Below are positions 1-11,844 of a stretch of DNA of 64,000 bases, one piece after another. Position 1 is the first letter of the stretch. Each line of letters begins with the position of its first letter. This DNA is from Octopus vulgaris. Lineage: Eukaryota. The position numbers and the translations under genes were made by a program. Where the stretch lies: NCBI GenBank assembly GCA_951406725.2, contig OX597823.1:19220001-19284000 (forward strand). Reading direction: 5' to 3'. The notes under the pieces were generated by a model. The model saw only the letters and a list, made by a program, of their open reading frames with translations, was not told where the DNA came from and ran no database searches.

Positions 1-1
1 T

Positions 2-49
<48 letters not shown>

Positions 50-184
50 TGCTCTCCATTTTTTGCTCTTCCATTCTTTCCCCTCTCCTCATAAATATCC
101 ACACACTTGGTTAGTTCACATCACTCCATGAGGAGCATAGGGCTGATCTCCTGGTCTACAGATTAAATTGTCTTTTGGCCATTT

Positions 185-386
185 TCCAGACTCGTCTGGC
201 ACGTAAAAAGCACCCACTACACTCATAGAGTGGTTGGCGTTAGGAAGGGCATCCAGCTGTAGAAACATTGCCAGATCAAACTGGGCCTGGTGCAGCCTTC
301 TGGCTTCCCAGACCTCAGTTGAACCGTCCAACCCATGCTAGCATGAAAAGCGGACACTAAACGATGATGATGATGAATGATGATGA
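185..386 (+). mobile_element. RTE-LINE 3' UTR fragment (family C), representative copy
   Basis: Core GGCACGTAAAAAGCACCCACTACACTC..GGAGTGGTTGGCGTTAGGAAGGGCATCCAGCTGTAGAAAC...AACCCATGCTAGCATGGAAAGCGGACGTTAAACG, then a (GAT)n tail. Further approximate copies: 8080-8328+, 9058-9250-, 10062-10330+, 10460-10760+, 14400-14655+, 16003-16106+, 20158-20540+, 24195-24365+, 25900-26255-, 44325-44525-, 47010-47300-, 52000-52205-, 53365-53595-, 61795-62063+, 62420-62792+. Confidence 0.8.
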
Positions 387-629
387 TTTGTTGTGAACTG
401 AATTCCGGTTACGAAAAATTTTTTTTGTGACATGTTGTCATGGTTACCTATACAGTACATTAGTAAAGTCGTTTATACTAACAGAGCCAAACAATATTGT
501 ATATAACACAGCTTTGTTGCTGTGTCTATATGTATATCTGTGTGTATTGCTGTGTTTGTGTATATCGTGCAAGTCACTTTGTGCAGGTAGTATATAGGCT
601 TTCCAACTACATGTGCGTGAATACACATG

Positions 630-1305
630 AAGAGTGGCTGTGTGGTAAGTAACTTGCTAACCAACCACATGGTTCCAGGTCCAGTCCCACTGCGTGGCAC
701 CTTGGGCAAGGCCAACCAAAGCCTTGTGAGTGAATTTGGTAGACAGGAACTGAAAGAAGCCCATTGCATATACATATATGTATATGTTTGTGTGTGTGCG
801 TTTATGTCTCTGTAACTTAGCAGTTCAGCAAAAGACACCAATAGAATAAGTACTAAGCTTACAAAGAATGTCTTGCGATCAATTTGTTCGACTAAAGGTG
901 GTGCTCCAGCATGGTCGCAGTCATATGACTGAAACAAGTGAAAGAATATAGGTACAGGCGTGTCTGTGTGGTAAGAGGCTTGCTTCCGGTTCAATCCCAC
1001 TGCATGGCACCTTTGGCAAGTGTCTTCTACTATAGCCTTGGGCCAACCAAAGTCTTGTGAGTGGATTTGGTGGACAGAAACTGAAAGAAGCCGGTGTGTG
1101 TATGTTTATCTGTTTGTCCTACCACCATAGCTTGACAACTGATGCTGGCATGTTTACGTCCCCCGTAACTTAGCGGTTCAGTAAATGAGACTGATAGAAT
1201 ATGTACTAGGCTTACAGAGAATAAGTCCTGGGGTCAGCTGGTTCAATTAAAGGCGATGCTCCAGCATGGCCAGTCAAATGACTGAAGTAAACAAGAATAA
1301 AAAAG
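630..1305 (+). mobile_element. Two adjacent copies of tRNA-derived SINE family A
   Basis: Head GAGTGGCTGTGTGGTAAG...GGTTC (A/B-box-like), CORE-like GCACCTTGGGCAAGTG, internal (TA/TG)n, tail GACTGAAACAAGTAAAAGA. Other approximate copies: 9300-9645+, 23461-23705+, 26883-27268+, 29815-30182+, 31720-31990-, 32238-32585-, 35157-35560-, 36107-36521-, 41993-42430+, 50310-50765+, 56305-56685-, 59865-60232-. Confidence 0.85.
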
Positions 1306-2179
1306 TATATATGTATGTGTGTGTCTTTCTGTCTGTTTGTGTCCCCCGTAACATTAGTAGTTTGGCAGAAGAGATTGATAGAATAAGTACCAGATTTCAA
1401 AGAAAAAAAAAAGCACTGGGGTTGATTCAGTAGTTGGGGTTAAGGTCATTGTGCAACCCCATGGTTTTGGGTTCAGTCTCACTGCACACTCCCTTGAGCT
1501 CACTAATGCCTTGTGAATGAATTGGTAGATGGAAACTATGTGGAATCCTATTGTGTGTGTTTGTGTGTGTGTGTGTGTTCCCTATTTTCTCTTGACCACC
1601 AGTGTTGGTTTGCTTACATCCACATAACTTGTTAGACAACAAGCAGGAAAATAGTGCAGAGGTAATGTTTTCTTCTAAATTCTTCAAGGCTGTGCTCCAG
1701 CATGGCCTTTGTGCTATGATTGAAACAAATACAAACTAAGCTCATCAGAATAAAGCAATGTAGCTTTCCAGTTAGTTACAGAAAATATATTAATAGGATT
1801 TTTCTCTTGTCATCCAGATGGCTGGTTTTCTAAGTTAACTGTCAGTTTCCATAGTTTACAGAACCATTTTCTCAGTGTTTGGTTCCGCCAGGTGGTTAGA
1901 AAGAGAGAGAGAGAGAGAGAGGTGGAAGAGTTAATTGCTAGGTATTTCTAGCATCCATCTTACTACATGATGGTAGATCGTCTACTGTAATAATGTTGGT
2001 ATTTGCCATTTTTAGTAAAATTGGTTTTGTTTTCGATTTGGTTTGTTTCAAATAATTGTGATGGAGAAATTTCATTATGTTTGTATGCTCTACCTGACTA
2101 TCACTTGTAAACAAACTTCTTGCAACATTTCTGCATATAATTCACACACACACACACACACGCTCGCATGTGTGTGTAT

Positions 2180-2456
2180 GTTAGTTAGTTAGTTAGTTAA
2201 TTTTTTGGCTCAAAAGCAAAAAGCAAGGCCATGTAGGGGGACATGGAGTTAAGTACAGGGTGGTGTTCATGTAAAGAGTTCAGGCCATTTGAGGTCAAGG
2301 GAGACTTTGAACAAAGCGGTCGTCGGCATCTTCACCATCTCGTCTGGCAGCTTGTTCCACGGATCCGCAACCCGGACGGAGAAAGCTCCTCTCCTTCGAT
2401 TGAGATGAAATCGTCGCAGGTAGAGCTTTTCGAAATGACCCCGCAGCTGACGCTCT
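2180..2456 (-). mobile_element. CR1-clade LINE 3' fragment
   Basis: Minus strand reads ERQLRGHFEKLYLRRFHLNRRRGAFSVRVADPWNKLPDEMVKMPTTALFKVSLD, the CR1 C-terminal 'RGH..KL...FS.RV...WN.LP' motif. Ends in a (TAAC)n tail. Confidence 0.85.
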
Positions 2457-2464
2457 GTATGTAT

Positions 2465-2871
2465 ATCATCCCCATTGTTTAATGTTCATTTTCCATGCTG
2501 GTATAGGCTGGATGGTCTGGCAGCTGCTGGCTGGCTTAGGAGATGTCCAGACTCCAGTTGTCTGTTGTGACATGGTTTCTACACCTGGATGCTCTTCCTA
2601 ACACCAACCAATTTACAGAGTGCGCTGGGTGCCTTTCATGTGTCACTGGCATGGGTGCATTTATACAGTACTGGCACAAGTGCATTTTATGTAGCAACAG
2701 AACCTGTAAGGGGCAAACCTGTATGTAGGGATGGCAGCAAATTTACTTAGCTTGATGTGTACAGCCAATCACCACAACGCCTGCTCCCTTGTCATTTCCT
2801 CAGTGAGGCCCAGCATCTGAAGATCCTTTCTCACCACTTCATCCCATGGCTTTCTGGGTCTTCCTCTTCCA
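2465..2871 (-). mobile_element. Degenerate RTE LINE 3' end (ORF C-terminus plus family-C 3' UTR)
   Basis: Minus strand GRGRPRKPWDEVVRKDLQMLGLTEEMTR (typical RTE C-terminus) runs directly into a diverged family-C sequence ending in GATGAT. Confidence 0.75.
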
Positions 2872-2889
2872 TTCACTACTATTGCCCAC

Positions 2890-3253
2890 GTATTTCTTTA
2901 TTGCCCACAAGGGGCTAAACACAGAGGGGACAAATAAGGACAGACAAACGACTCTGAAAGGATGAAAGGCAAAGTCGACCATGGCAGAATTTGAACTCAG
3001 AACATAACGGCAGACGAAATACCTATTTCTTTACTACCCACAAGGGGCTAAACACATAGAGGACAAACAAGGACAGACAAACGGATTAAGTCGATTATAT
3101 CGACCCCAGTGTGAAACTGGTACTTAATTTATCGACCACAAAAGGATGAAAGGCAAAGTCGACCTCGGTGGAATCTGAACTCAGAACATAACGGCAGACG
3201 AAATACCACTAAGCATTTTGCCTGGCGTGCTAACGTTTCTGCCAGCTTGCCGC
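2890..3253 (-). mobile_element. tRNA-derived SINE family B (partial tandem copy)
   Basis: Reverse complement of GGCGAGCTGGCAGAAACGTTAGCACGCC...GAGTTCAAATTCCGCCGAGGTCGACTTTGCCTTTCATCCTTTCGGGGTCGATAAATTAAGTACCAG...GCCCCTTGTGGG. Other approximate copies: 10765-10992+, 13030-14200+ (array), 21558-21782+, 22140-22830+ (array), 33240-33697-, 37046-37280+, 50950-51145+, 53295-53745+. Confidence 0.8.
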
Positions 3254-3389
3254 ATGACAAGCTTCTTTCAGTTTCCATCTAACAAATTCACTCAAATGCT
3301 TAGGCCAAACTGGAGCTATATTAGACACTTCCCCAAGGTACCATATAGTTAAGAAGCAAATGCCTTAACCAAACAGCTATGCCAGTACC

Positions 3390-3422
<33 letters not shown>

Positions 3423-3510
3423 GTATAAGGGTGAAAAGGAACACACGAGTTGATATATATGAAAAAACAAGTAAAAAATAGAAAATGCTAAAATAATTTT
3501 ATAGTGAACA

Positions 3511-3554
3511 TTTCAGTACCGGTTTCGGTCATTTTGAGACCTTTTCAACTGTAA
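3511..3554 (-). ncRNA. Minimal type-I hammerhead ribozyme motif (U3-A8 core variant), probably a Penelope-like element relic
   Basis: Minus strand: uuacag-UUGAAAA-GGUC-ucaaaau-GACC-GAA-ACCGGU-A-cugaaa. Stem I cag/cug, 4-bp stem II, GAAA, palindromic stem III ACCGGU, GUA cleavage triplet. Confidence 0.7.
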
Positions 3555-3997
3555 CGATTAAATAATTAAATTTAGAAAAATTAGAAGAAAAGTTTTTTTA
3601 AAAGAATATTTCTATAGTAGTGTTCAGATTTAAGTGGCATTCTGCCTTTCTCTGACTCCCTTGTTTGCACTTGTGTGTTCGAGGTATATATATATATATA
3701 TATATGAGTGTTTGTACCTCTTTGTCTTGACATTGTGCAGTAGTTGTGAATGTCACTGTTACACAAATGTTGTCCTTTGTTTCTAATCTTTGTGTATAAA
3801 CATGTGCGACCTCAAGGAAATATTACATACCTTGCTTAGAAACAGGAGGCGGGGTTGGCAACAGGAAGAGCATTAGGCTGTAGAAAATCTCTCATCAAAT
3901 TCTTTCACCTATGCAAGAGTAGATGTAGAAATGATTAGCATTGCATACATATATGTGTGTGTCAACACATATACGCATAACTTCTTCCACTCATTAA

Positions 3998-4218
3998 CCC
4001 TTTCGTTACCAACCCGGCTGAAACTGGCTCTGGCTCTTTAATATACATGTCTTGTTTCCATAAGTTTTTAATTAAAATCTTCCACCAAACCTTAGTCACA
4101 ATTTGTGTTCCTAACACTAGCTGAATGATAACAAAATTATTTTATTAAATTCTTTGTTATACTTAAAATAATTGAAAGAAACCCAGAGCATCACAAAATA
4201 AATTCAGTAATGAAAGGG
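3998..4218. mobile_element. piggyBac-type MITE family 1
   Basis: TTAA on both sides (3994-3997, 4219-4222); TIR CCCTTTCGTTAC / GTAATGAAAGGG. Second copy at 47579-47804. Confidence 0.85.
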
Positions 4219-4487
4219 TTAACAGTTGAGTGGATAAAAAAAAAAGAATCTTATAAATTTTCTGAAACTGATTGGGATGAAATATTGCAAAATTTATGAA
4301 GAAATTCCAAAACTTTAAACCAAGGAATTTTAAAAGAAACCTAAGGCAAATCAAAGATGACTCTACTGCCATATGGTAAGCAACCAGGCTCTATATGCAG
4401 AAACCCTTCTTATTTTATTTTTAATCTTATTACTTAGGGTATTGCCTTTTATTGCTGAATCTTATATTTAAATATTTTTAATTCCAG

Positions 4488-4645
4488 GTGGCATGCTGAA
4501 GGTTTATGGGGAAGCTCTGAGCCCTAATATTCCTTACAAGACACTCTTGGTCTCTGCAACAGATACGGCCAGTTTTGTGGTTGAAGAAACCTTGGAAAAG
4601 TATGGATATCCTAAAGAGGAGGCTTATAAATATTGCTTAGTCCAA
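4488..4645 (+). CDS. AFDN: Afadin internal exon 1 (start of second Ras-association domain)
   Basis: Acceptor ttccag|, donor |gtaagt. Translates (G)GMLKVYGEALSPNIPYKTLLVSATDTASFVVEETLEKYGYPKEEAYKYCLVQ, matching the afadin/canoe RA2 pattern GGTLRIY..PNIPYKTILLS..D.A..AV.E.LEKYG. Phase 1 to 0. Confidence 0.93.
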
Positions 4646-5752
4646 GTAAGTCTTGCATATTATATATATTATTTATAGTTTTAGAAGGGGTTCTGGAAGC
4701 ATAATGTGTGTATATACACTGTATACCCACAACAGGCTCCCTCACCCAGTATGTTCTTGTCAAGCCTCTACCTGCTGTTACCTTGTCCCCTTTCCATTCA
4801 AAAAACTGGGTGGGTCTCTCCTCTGAATCACTAACTATTGACATCTCTCCTTCATTCTATCATCACCTATCCACTCATATTTACTACCAACTACTCACAC
4901 TCATCCTTTTACTCTCCCCCACTCTTAAAACCTTACCCTTCTATTTCCATATCATTCATCCTTCCATCCCTCTTCTATCTACTGTATTATTCTGCTGTTG
5001 TAATTAATGAAAGCAGAACCCACTATTTATGTAGTTAGTCAACATTCCCTCTTTTCTAAGCCAGTCCTCCTATTCATATTTACCATTGATCACCCCCCCC
5101 CCACTTCTGTTCATCATTCTCTATATTCACTCCCCTATATACCTCTTACCACCTCCATTCACTTCCCTTTTATACCCCTGACACCTCTCTTCATCTCTCA
5201 CACTCCACCGCCTCATCACACTTTTGCATCTTTAGCCACTCTCTTAGATTCTTATCTCCCCATGCTTTTTTCTAATCATTTCCTTGCACACTTTATGCTG
5301 AATACATGTTGAATGCATCTGGCCCTTCACCTATCAGTTTATCTATCTCTTGCACTGCCCTAACCACTCACTTACTCACGTAAAATGCAGAGTAGCCACA
5401 AATCTCCTTCACAACAACAAGCCTGTTCTTGTTCTTCCCAACATACTTCAACCACTCAACACCTCACACAAAGCAATTTCTCTCATAATCAAGGGAGTTC
5501 TTTAGTCTTTGCAAGTGACAAGGCAAACTGAATAGTGTAAGGGCCGGGGGAAAAAACGTACCTGGTATGCTCTGTAAAGTTGTTATTAGGAAGGGGACCC
5601 AGCTACAGAAACCATGACAAATCTCAGATATTAGAGCATGACATGATCTTCTGGCTCATTGGTTCCTGTCAAAATGTCCAAACCATGCCAACAAGGAAGG
5701 TGGATGAAAAAATTATGATGATTACAAGAATTACCTGCAGTATTATATAGAG

Positions 5753-6249
5753 CAGGCCTGGCCAACTTGAATTACACTTTAATCGCAGAAAGTTTTTTGA
5801 GGGCTGCTTGTATACTTTATGCCAGTGGTTCCCAAACTATGAGTCGCGACCCACAGAGGGGTTGCGAACGGAATCTTAGTGGGTCACAAAAAGTTATAAA
5901 ATTACGCATTAGCTTTAACTGCTGTCTATCGAGATAGTTCAAGACTTCAAGTGGGTTGTCATAAACTGGTGTGATAAACAGTGGGTCGCGACTCTAAAAA
6001 GTTTTGGAACCACTGCTTCATGCACTAATAATCAAATTACAGAATCAAGAATTATTTCATACTTTTTGTTTGTTTTAAAATTATAAAATTGTAGGCTATT
6101 GCTTTATTGTTACTTAGAAATTTTAAAATTTATGTTGAAATAAATGTTTTACACAAACTTCTTTATTTTGAAATTAAACACGATACTTCAAGAAAGTATC
6201 AAGCGGGCTGCAAGATAAAAGTCTGCAGGCCTCAGGTTAACCAGCCCTG
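5753..6249. mobile_element. hAT-type MITE containing a second nested hAT MITE (5823-6015)
   Basis: Outer: TIR CAGGCCTGGCCAAC / GTTAACCAGCCCTG, 8-bp TSD atatagag/atctagag. Inner: TIR CAGTGGTTCCCAAACT / AGTTTTGGAACCACTG, TSD ctttatgc/cttcatgc. Confidence 0.8.
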
Positions 6250-6429
6250 ATCTAGAGTATCGCCTGCGAACATTATCTATCTTATCTCCCTCCCTCCCTC
6301 CACCCCCTCTCTCCCTACCAGTTCCCTCTCTCCGTCTCCCCTGAAACAATTGTGAAGATCTCTTCACATGAGACCATTGGTTGCCTATTTTAACCCACAA
6401 ATAAAGTGTGTGTGTGTGTATGCACATAT

Positions 6430-6597
6430 GTAGCTATGTGGTTAGAGGTTTGCTTCCCAATGACCTGGTTTTGAGTTCAGTCATACTGAAAGGCACCTTG
6501 GAAAAGTATCTGCTATAGCCCTGGGCTAACCAAAGACTTGTAAGTGGATTTAGTAGGAAACTGAAAGAAGCTCATTGTGTGTGTGTTTGTACACATA

Positions 6598-6666
<69 letters not shown>

Positions 6667-6908
6667 TACACGTGCGTGCACACACACATGTATTTGTCTC
6701 TTTGTCCTGTTGTCATGTGATAGTTGAAAATGATTGTCAGTGTTATATGATCAGTGTCATTCATTTCTCGATATTTTGCAAAAAAAAAAATAGCTAGCCA
6801 TAGTGAAATATTACTTTGCTTGGAAAAAGGAAGGTCGTCCAGCTGTAGAAAATGTGCCTTTACAAACTCTGTCCAACCCATGCAAGTATGGAAAAGTGGA
6901 TGTTAAAA

Positions 6909-6912
<4 letters not shown>
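6430..6912 (+). mobile_element. SINE with family-A head and RTE-like (family-C) tail
   Basis: The 5' part matches the SINE A head; the 3' part ends CCAGCTGTAGAAAA...GTCCAACCCATGCAAGTATGGAAAAGTGGATGTTAAAATGAT. Similar copies about 21785-22135+, 27710-28045+, 29360-29765+, 31260-31670-. Confidence 0.65.
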
Positions 6913-6944
<32 letters not shown>

Positions 6945-7207
6945 TTAAATTAGAGATAAAACCACTATTATGCAAATCAAACAGTGAAAAACATAGACCA
7001 AAACATAGAAATAAAATTAATATAAAATTCAAAATTTAAATTATTTAAATTTAAAGTTAAAAATTTAAAATTATTAATTTATATTTATAAATTTTATATA
7101 TATATATATATTTATTATTTATTTATTTTTTTATTTATTAAGTATATATAACTATAAATATATATAACTATCAAAAAGTATAAAAAGTTTAATATAAGAT
7201 AAAATAA

Positions 7208-7256
<49 letters not shown>

Positions 7257-7493
7257 GTGGCAGGCAGAAATTTGGGTAATTCTTTATTAACGCTTTTGTC
7301 TGTTAACCAAACTCTTTAAGACAAAAAATTAAAACCACCATTTTGGTTTTAATTTTTGTCTTGAGAATTCGGTTAACAAATGAAAGCACTAATATAGAAT
7401 TCTCCAAAATTCTGACTGCCTCCTTTCCCTCAATACACAAGGCATGTACACCACTTCAAACACTCTACACACACACCCGTGTGTGTGTGCGTG

Positions 7494-7533
<40 letters not shown>

Positions 7534-7950
7534 TAAAATATTGGCTGTCAACATTACCCATGACCACACACTACCCCCTTCATTACTGCTACATTACCAT
7601 TGCAGCTCTCTCCCACCACCACCACCACCACCACCATCAGTGCTACCACCATTGTAACTCTATTGTAACCTCCATCACAGATACTATTACACACTACATC
7701 CTTCACCACTGCCTCCATCACCACAACCATGCTACTGCCAATGTGTGATCGAAGAAACATGTGTTTGTCTTCAGTAATTTATATAAATATGTTAATTAAC
7801 TAGTGTTGAAATATTTGCCTAATTTATTGACCCCCTTCTTTTTTTTTCTGCTGGGGCTGAAGGATGGTAGTTTTTACAGAAGTTGGAATAATGTCTTTTT
7901 TTGGTGAACATTGAACATGCTACAGTAGTAATATACACACATCAGTTGCA

Positions 7951-7981
<31 letters not shown>

Positions 7982-8351
7982 ATGTAGTGCATACACCGGC
8001 ATATTCCAATGCAGAGTATATGTGCACAGGCACACACACCTTTTGCAGTGAGGTATGTATAGGTTTGTATATATATATCACCTGTGCCGGTGGCACGTGT
8101 AAAAAGATTTGAGCGAGGTCATTGCCAGTACCGTCTGACTGGCCCCCGTGTCGGTGACACGTAAAAAGCCCCCACTACACTCTCGGAGTGGTTGGCGTTA
8201 CGAAGGGCATCCAGCTGTAGAAACTCTGCCAGATCAAGACTGGAGCTTGGTGCAGCTATCTGGTTGCCAGCCCTCAGTCAAAACCGTCCAACCCATGCTA
8301 GCATGGAAAACGGACGTTAAATGATGATATATATATATATATATATATATA

Positions 8352-8739
8352 CTAGCAGTATCGCCCGGCGTTGCTCAGGTTTGTAAGGGAAATAACTATA
8401 AAGCATTTTTAGAGAGTTATAGCCAAAAAATAGCAAAAAAATGGAAAAAAAATTATGGTAAATTTTTTTTGAGAGTAAAAAAAGGTTGAGTTGCGTCCCC
8501 TAGACAGTCTGTGGTTTGTTTTTTTTTTATTCTCGACCCCATGTCGAATTTATCGATTTTTTTCAGAACTGGGGTTAACTTTTCAAAATTTTCGCTGCGT
8601 TAGTTTTGAATTATGACATTGGGCTATGTGTGTGTCAAGTTTCATCAGAATCGGTTGAAAGCCGTGGTCAGGGTGAGGGTACGAGAAAACAGACACACAG
8701 AAACACGCACAGACAAACTGCCGTTTATATATAGAGAGA
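8352..8739 (-). mobile_element. Non-autonomous Helitron
   Basis: Minus strand begins TCTCTCTATATATAAA and ends ...CCTGAGCAACGCCGGGCGATACTGCTAG, with a subterminal hairpin. Inserted between A and T with no TSD. Confidence 0.8.
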
Positions 8740-11027
8740 TGAAGGCATAGAAAGTTGGTACTTTTTAACAAGTTGCTGTCTCCAGGTAGAAAGGCAAAAT
8801 GGACTATGCAGGACAGGAGGAGACACTTGGGATGGAGAGCCACTGAAGAAGTCACAGGAGGTATGATGAAAAATTCCAGACAAAGGACACTAAAATAATA
8901 ATAATAATAATAATTATAATTAGGATGAAGTGATTAACAAGTATATAGTGCATGTCATTATTTGGCCGATAAAACAAAAGAGACGACCATCATGAAATAG
9001 AACAGTATCTGATTCAACACACAATTTCCCATCAAGAATCTTGTAAAACAAATATTATCATCATCATCATTTCGCATCTATTTTCCATGTTGGCATGAGT
9101 TAGATGGTTTGACTTGAATTGGCAAGCTGGAGAGCTACACCAGGTTCCAGTCTGATTTTGGCTTGGTGTCTACAGCTGGATGTCCTTCTTAATGCCAACC
9201 ACTCCAAGAGTGTAGTGGGTGCCTTTTACATGTCAGTGGCACAGGTGCCTTTTGCATAAATGTTAAGATATACAAATTGCTGTTCTGAACTAATACTGCT
9301 GAGAAGCTTGCTTCCCAACCATATGGTTCTGGGTTCAGCCCAACTTTGTAGACCCCTGGGCGAATGTCTACTACCATAACTTCAGGCTGATCAAAGTGGC
9401 TTTGGTAGACAGAAATTGAAAGAAGCCCATCGTATATGAGTTAATATATCTGTGTGTGTGTTTGTCCTTCACCACTGCTTGACAACTTGTGTTGGTGTGT
9501 TTACATCCCTGTAACTTAGCGGTTTGGCGAAAGACACTGATAGAATAAGTATGAGGCATACAAATAAGTACTGGAGTTGATTCATTCAACTAAAATTCTT
9601 CAAGGTGGTGCTCCAGTATGGCCACAGTCCAATGACTGAAACAATATAAGTTACAGCCATGATAGAACATCTCTTTCAAGGATATAATTGAATCCTGTTC
9701 ATACCAGTGTTTATTCCGGTCTGGGATTTAATTTATTGGGCTCTGTTTGCCAGACCACTAAGTTATAGTGCAGAAAGGGATGCAACAACACTCCTTCCCT
9801 CTTTTTTCATTTTGATATTTTTTGAGCACAAATGTGTGTGTGTGTGTGTGTTGGTGCTTGCAAGTGTGTTGTGTATTTTAAGGTCATTTTCGTGTGTACG
9901 TGTAAGAGGCTGAAGCACAGTTTTTTTGGGGTTTTTTTTGTCTACCAAATTCCACTCAAAACGGGACTCTAGTTGATATTGAACCAAGGTGCTATGCAGT
10001 TGGACTGAGACTGGAATCACATTGTTGTGAAGCAAGCTCAACTACACAACTATACCTGCATAGCCTCGTCTGGCACCTGTGTCGGTGGCACATAAAAAAC
10101 ACCATCCGAGCGTGGCCGTCTGCCAGCCTCGTCTGGCACCGGTGTCGGTGGCACATAAAATCACCCACTACACTCTCGGAGTGGTTGGCGTTAGGAAGGG
10201 CATCCAGCTGTAGAAACACTGCCACATCTGACTGGCCTGGTGCAGCCTTCGGGCTTCCCAGACCCCAGTTGAACCGTCCAACCCATGCTAGCATGGAAAG
10301 CGGACGTTAAACGATGATGATGATGATGATGATATATATACACACACACACACATATGTGCTAACCTTGGATCGTAGAGTGACCCACTGATCTTGAGGAG
10401 ACCTGTTGAGTCAAGTACGTCAACATCAAAATAAAAATTCAAATGGAAATTGTGGTTAAGACACCCGTGCCAGTGACACGTAAAAAGCACCATCCGAACG
10501 TGGCAGATACTAGCGCCGCCCGACCGGCATCCGTGTTGGTGACATGTAAAAGCACCAACCGATCGTGGCTGTTTGCCAGCCTGCTCTGGCCCCTGTGCTG
10601 GTGGCACGTAAAAAACACCCACTACACTCACGGAGTGGTTGGTGTTAGGAAGGGCATCCAGCTGTAGAAACACTGCCAAATCAGACTAGAGCCTGGTGCA
10701 GCCTCCATGGCTTTCCAGACCCCAGTCGAACCGTCCAACCCATGTTAGCATGGAAAACGGATGAGTGAGCTGGCAGAAACGTTAGCACGCCGGGCGAAAT
10801 GCGTAGCCGTATTTCGTCTGCCGTTACGTTCTGAGTTCAAATTCCGCCGAGGTCGACTTTGCCTTTCATCCTTTCGGGGTCGGTAAATTAAGTACCAGTT
10901 ACGCACTGGGGTCGATGTAATCGACTTAATCCCTTTGTCTGTCCTTGTTTGTCCCCTCTGTGTTTAGCCCCTTGTGGGTAGTAAAGAAATAGATGATGAT
11001 GATGATGACATACACGCACATGCAAAC

Positions 11028-11280
11028 ACCAACACATGCACCAACACACACACACACACACACCGACACACACACACTAGCACCGACACACACACACACA
11101 CACTAGCACCGACACACACACACACTAGCACCGACACACACACACACACTAGCACCGACACACACACACACACTAGCACCGACACACACACACACACTAG
11201 CACCGACACACACACACTAGCACCGACACACACACACACTAGCACCAACACACACACACTAGCACCAACACACACACGCA
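11028..11280. repeat. Minisatellite (CTAGCACCGA(CA)n)
   Basis: About 10 units of ACTAGCACCGAC followed by a variable CA tract. Confidence 0.9.
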
Positions 11281-11844
11281 AGCACACATTCTCTATGCAT
11301 GCCTGACTTCTAAGTTTTGGACAGTTGTAGTAAAACGTCCTACTCATTTTCAGTTCTTCCTCTTGTGTGTGCATGTATACACACACTCACACACACACAC
11401 ACGAGGTCAACCAGTATCTAAAAAAAGGTTATTTATGGTAAGATCTTCCTAGGAAGTCTTGTTTCCCACATTTGTTGTGAAAGCAGAATTCATATGAATC
11501 GCTTGTTCTCTCCATATCATGTTCACCATTGTTCATTAACACCCACCCACCCTATATGCTATGACTGTGCCACTGAGTCAGTCATGCTGTGTATATATAT
11601 ATATATATTTCTCACATTTGATATTATTGATAATTCAGTTTTAGTCATCTGTACACCATGTTATTATCATTGTTGCATATCTCTCAACACTTAACACCAA
11701 CCAACCATTGTTGATTAAATCTCTTTCATACTTCTTATCTAAAAGATGGTCTCTCTCTTTCTCTCTCTCTCTCTCTTTCTCACACACATACAACACAAAA
11801 AGTATCCAGTGTAATTTAGTGTGATAACAATAGACATATACTTA

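Noticed and set aside
11028-11280. Repeat-spacer-like pattern resembling a CRISPR array
   Set aside because: The spacers are just variable CA tracts; eukaryotic intron; no cas genes.
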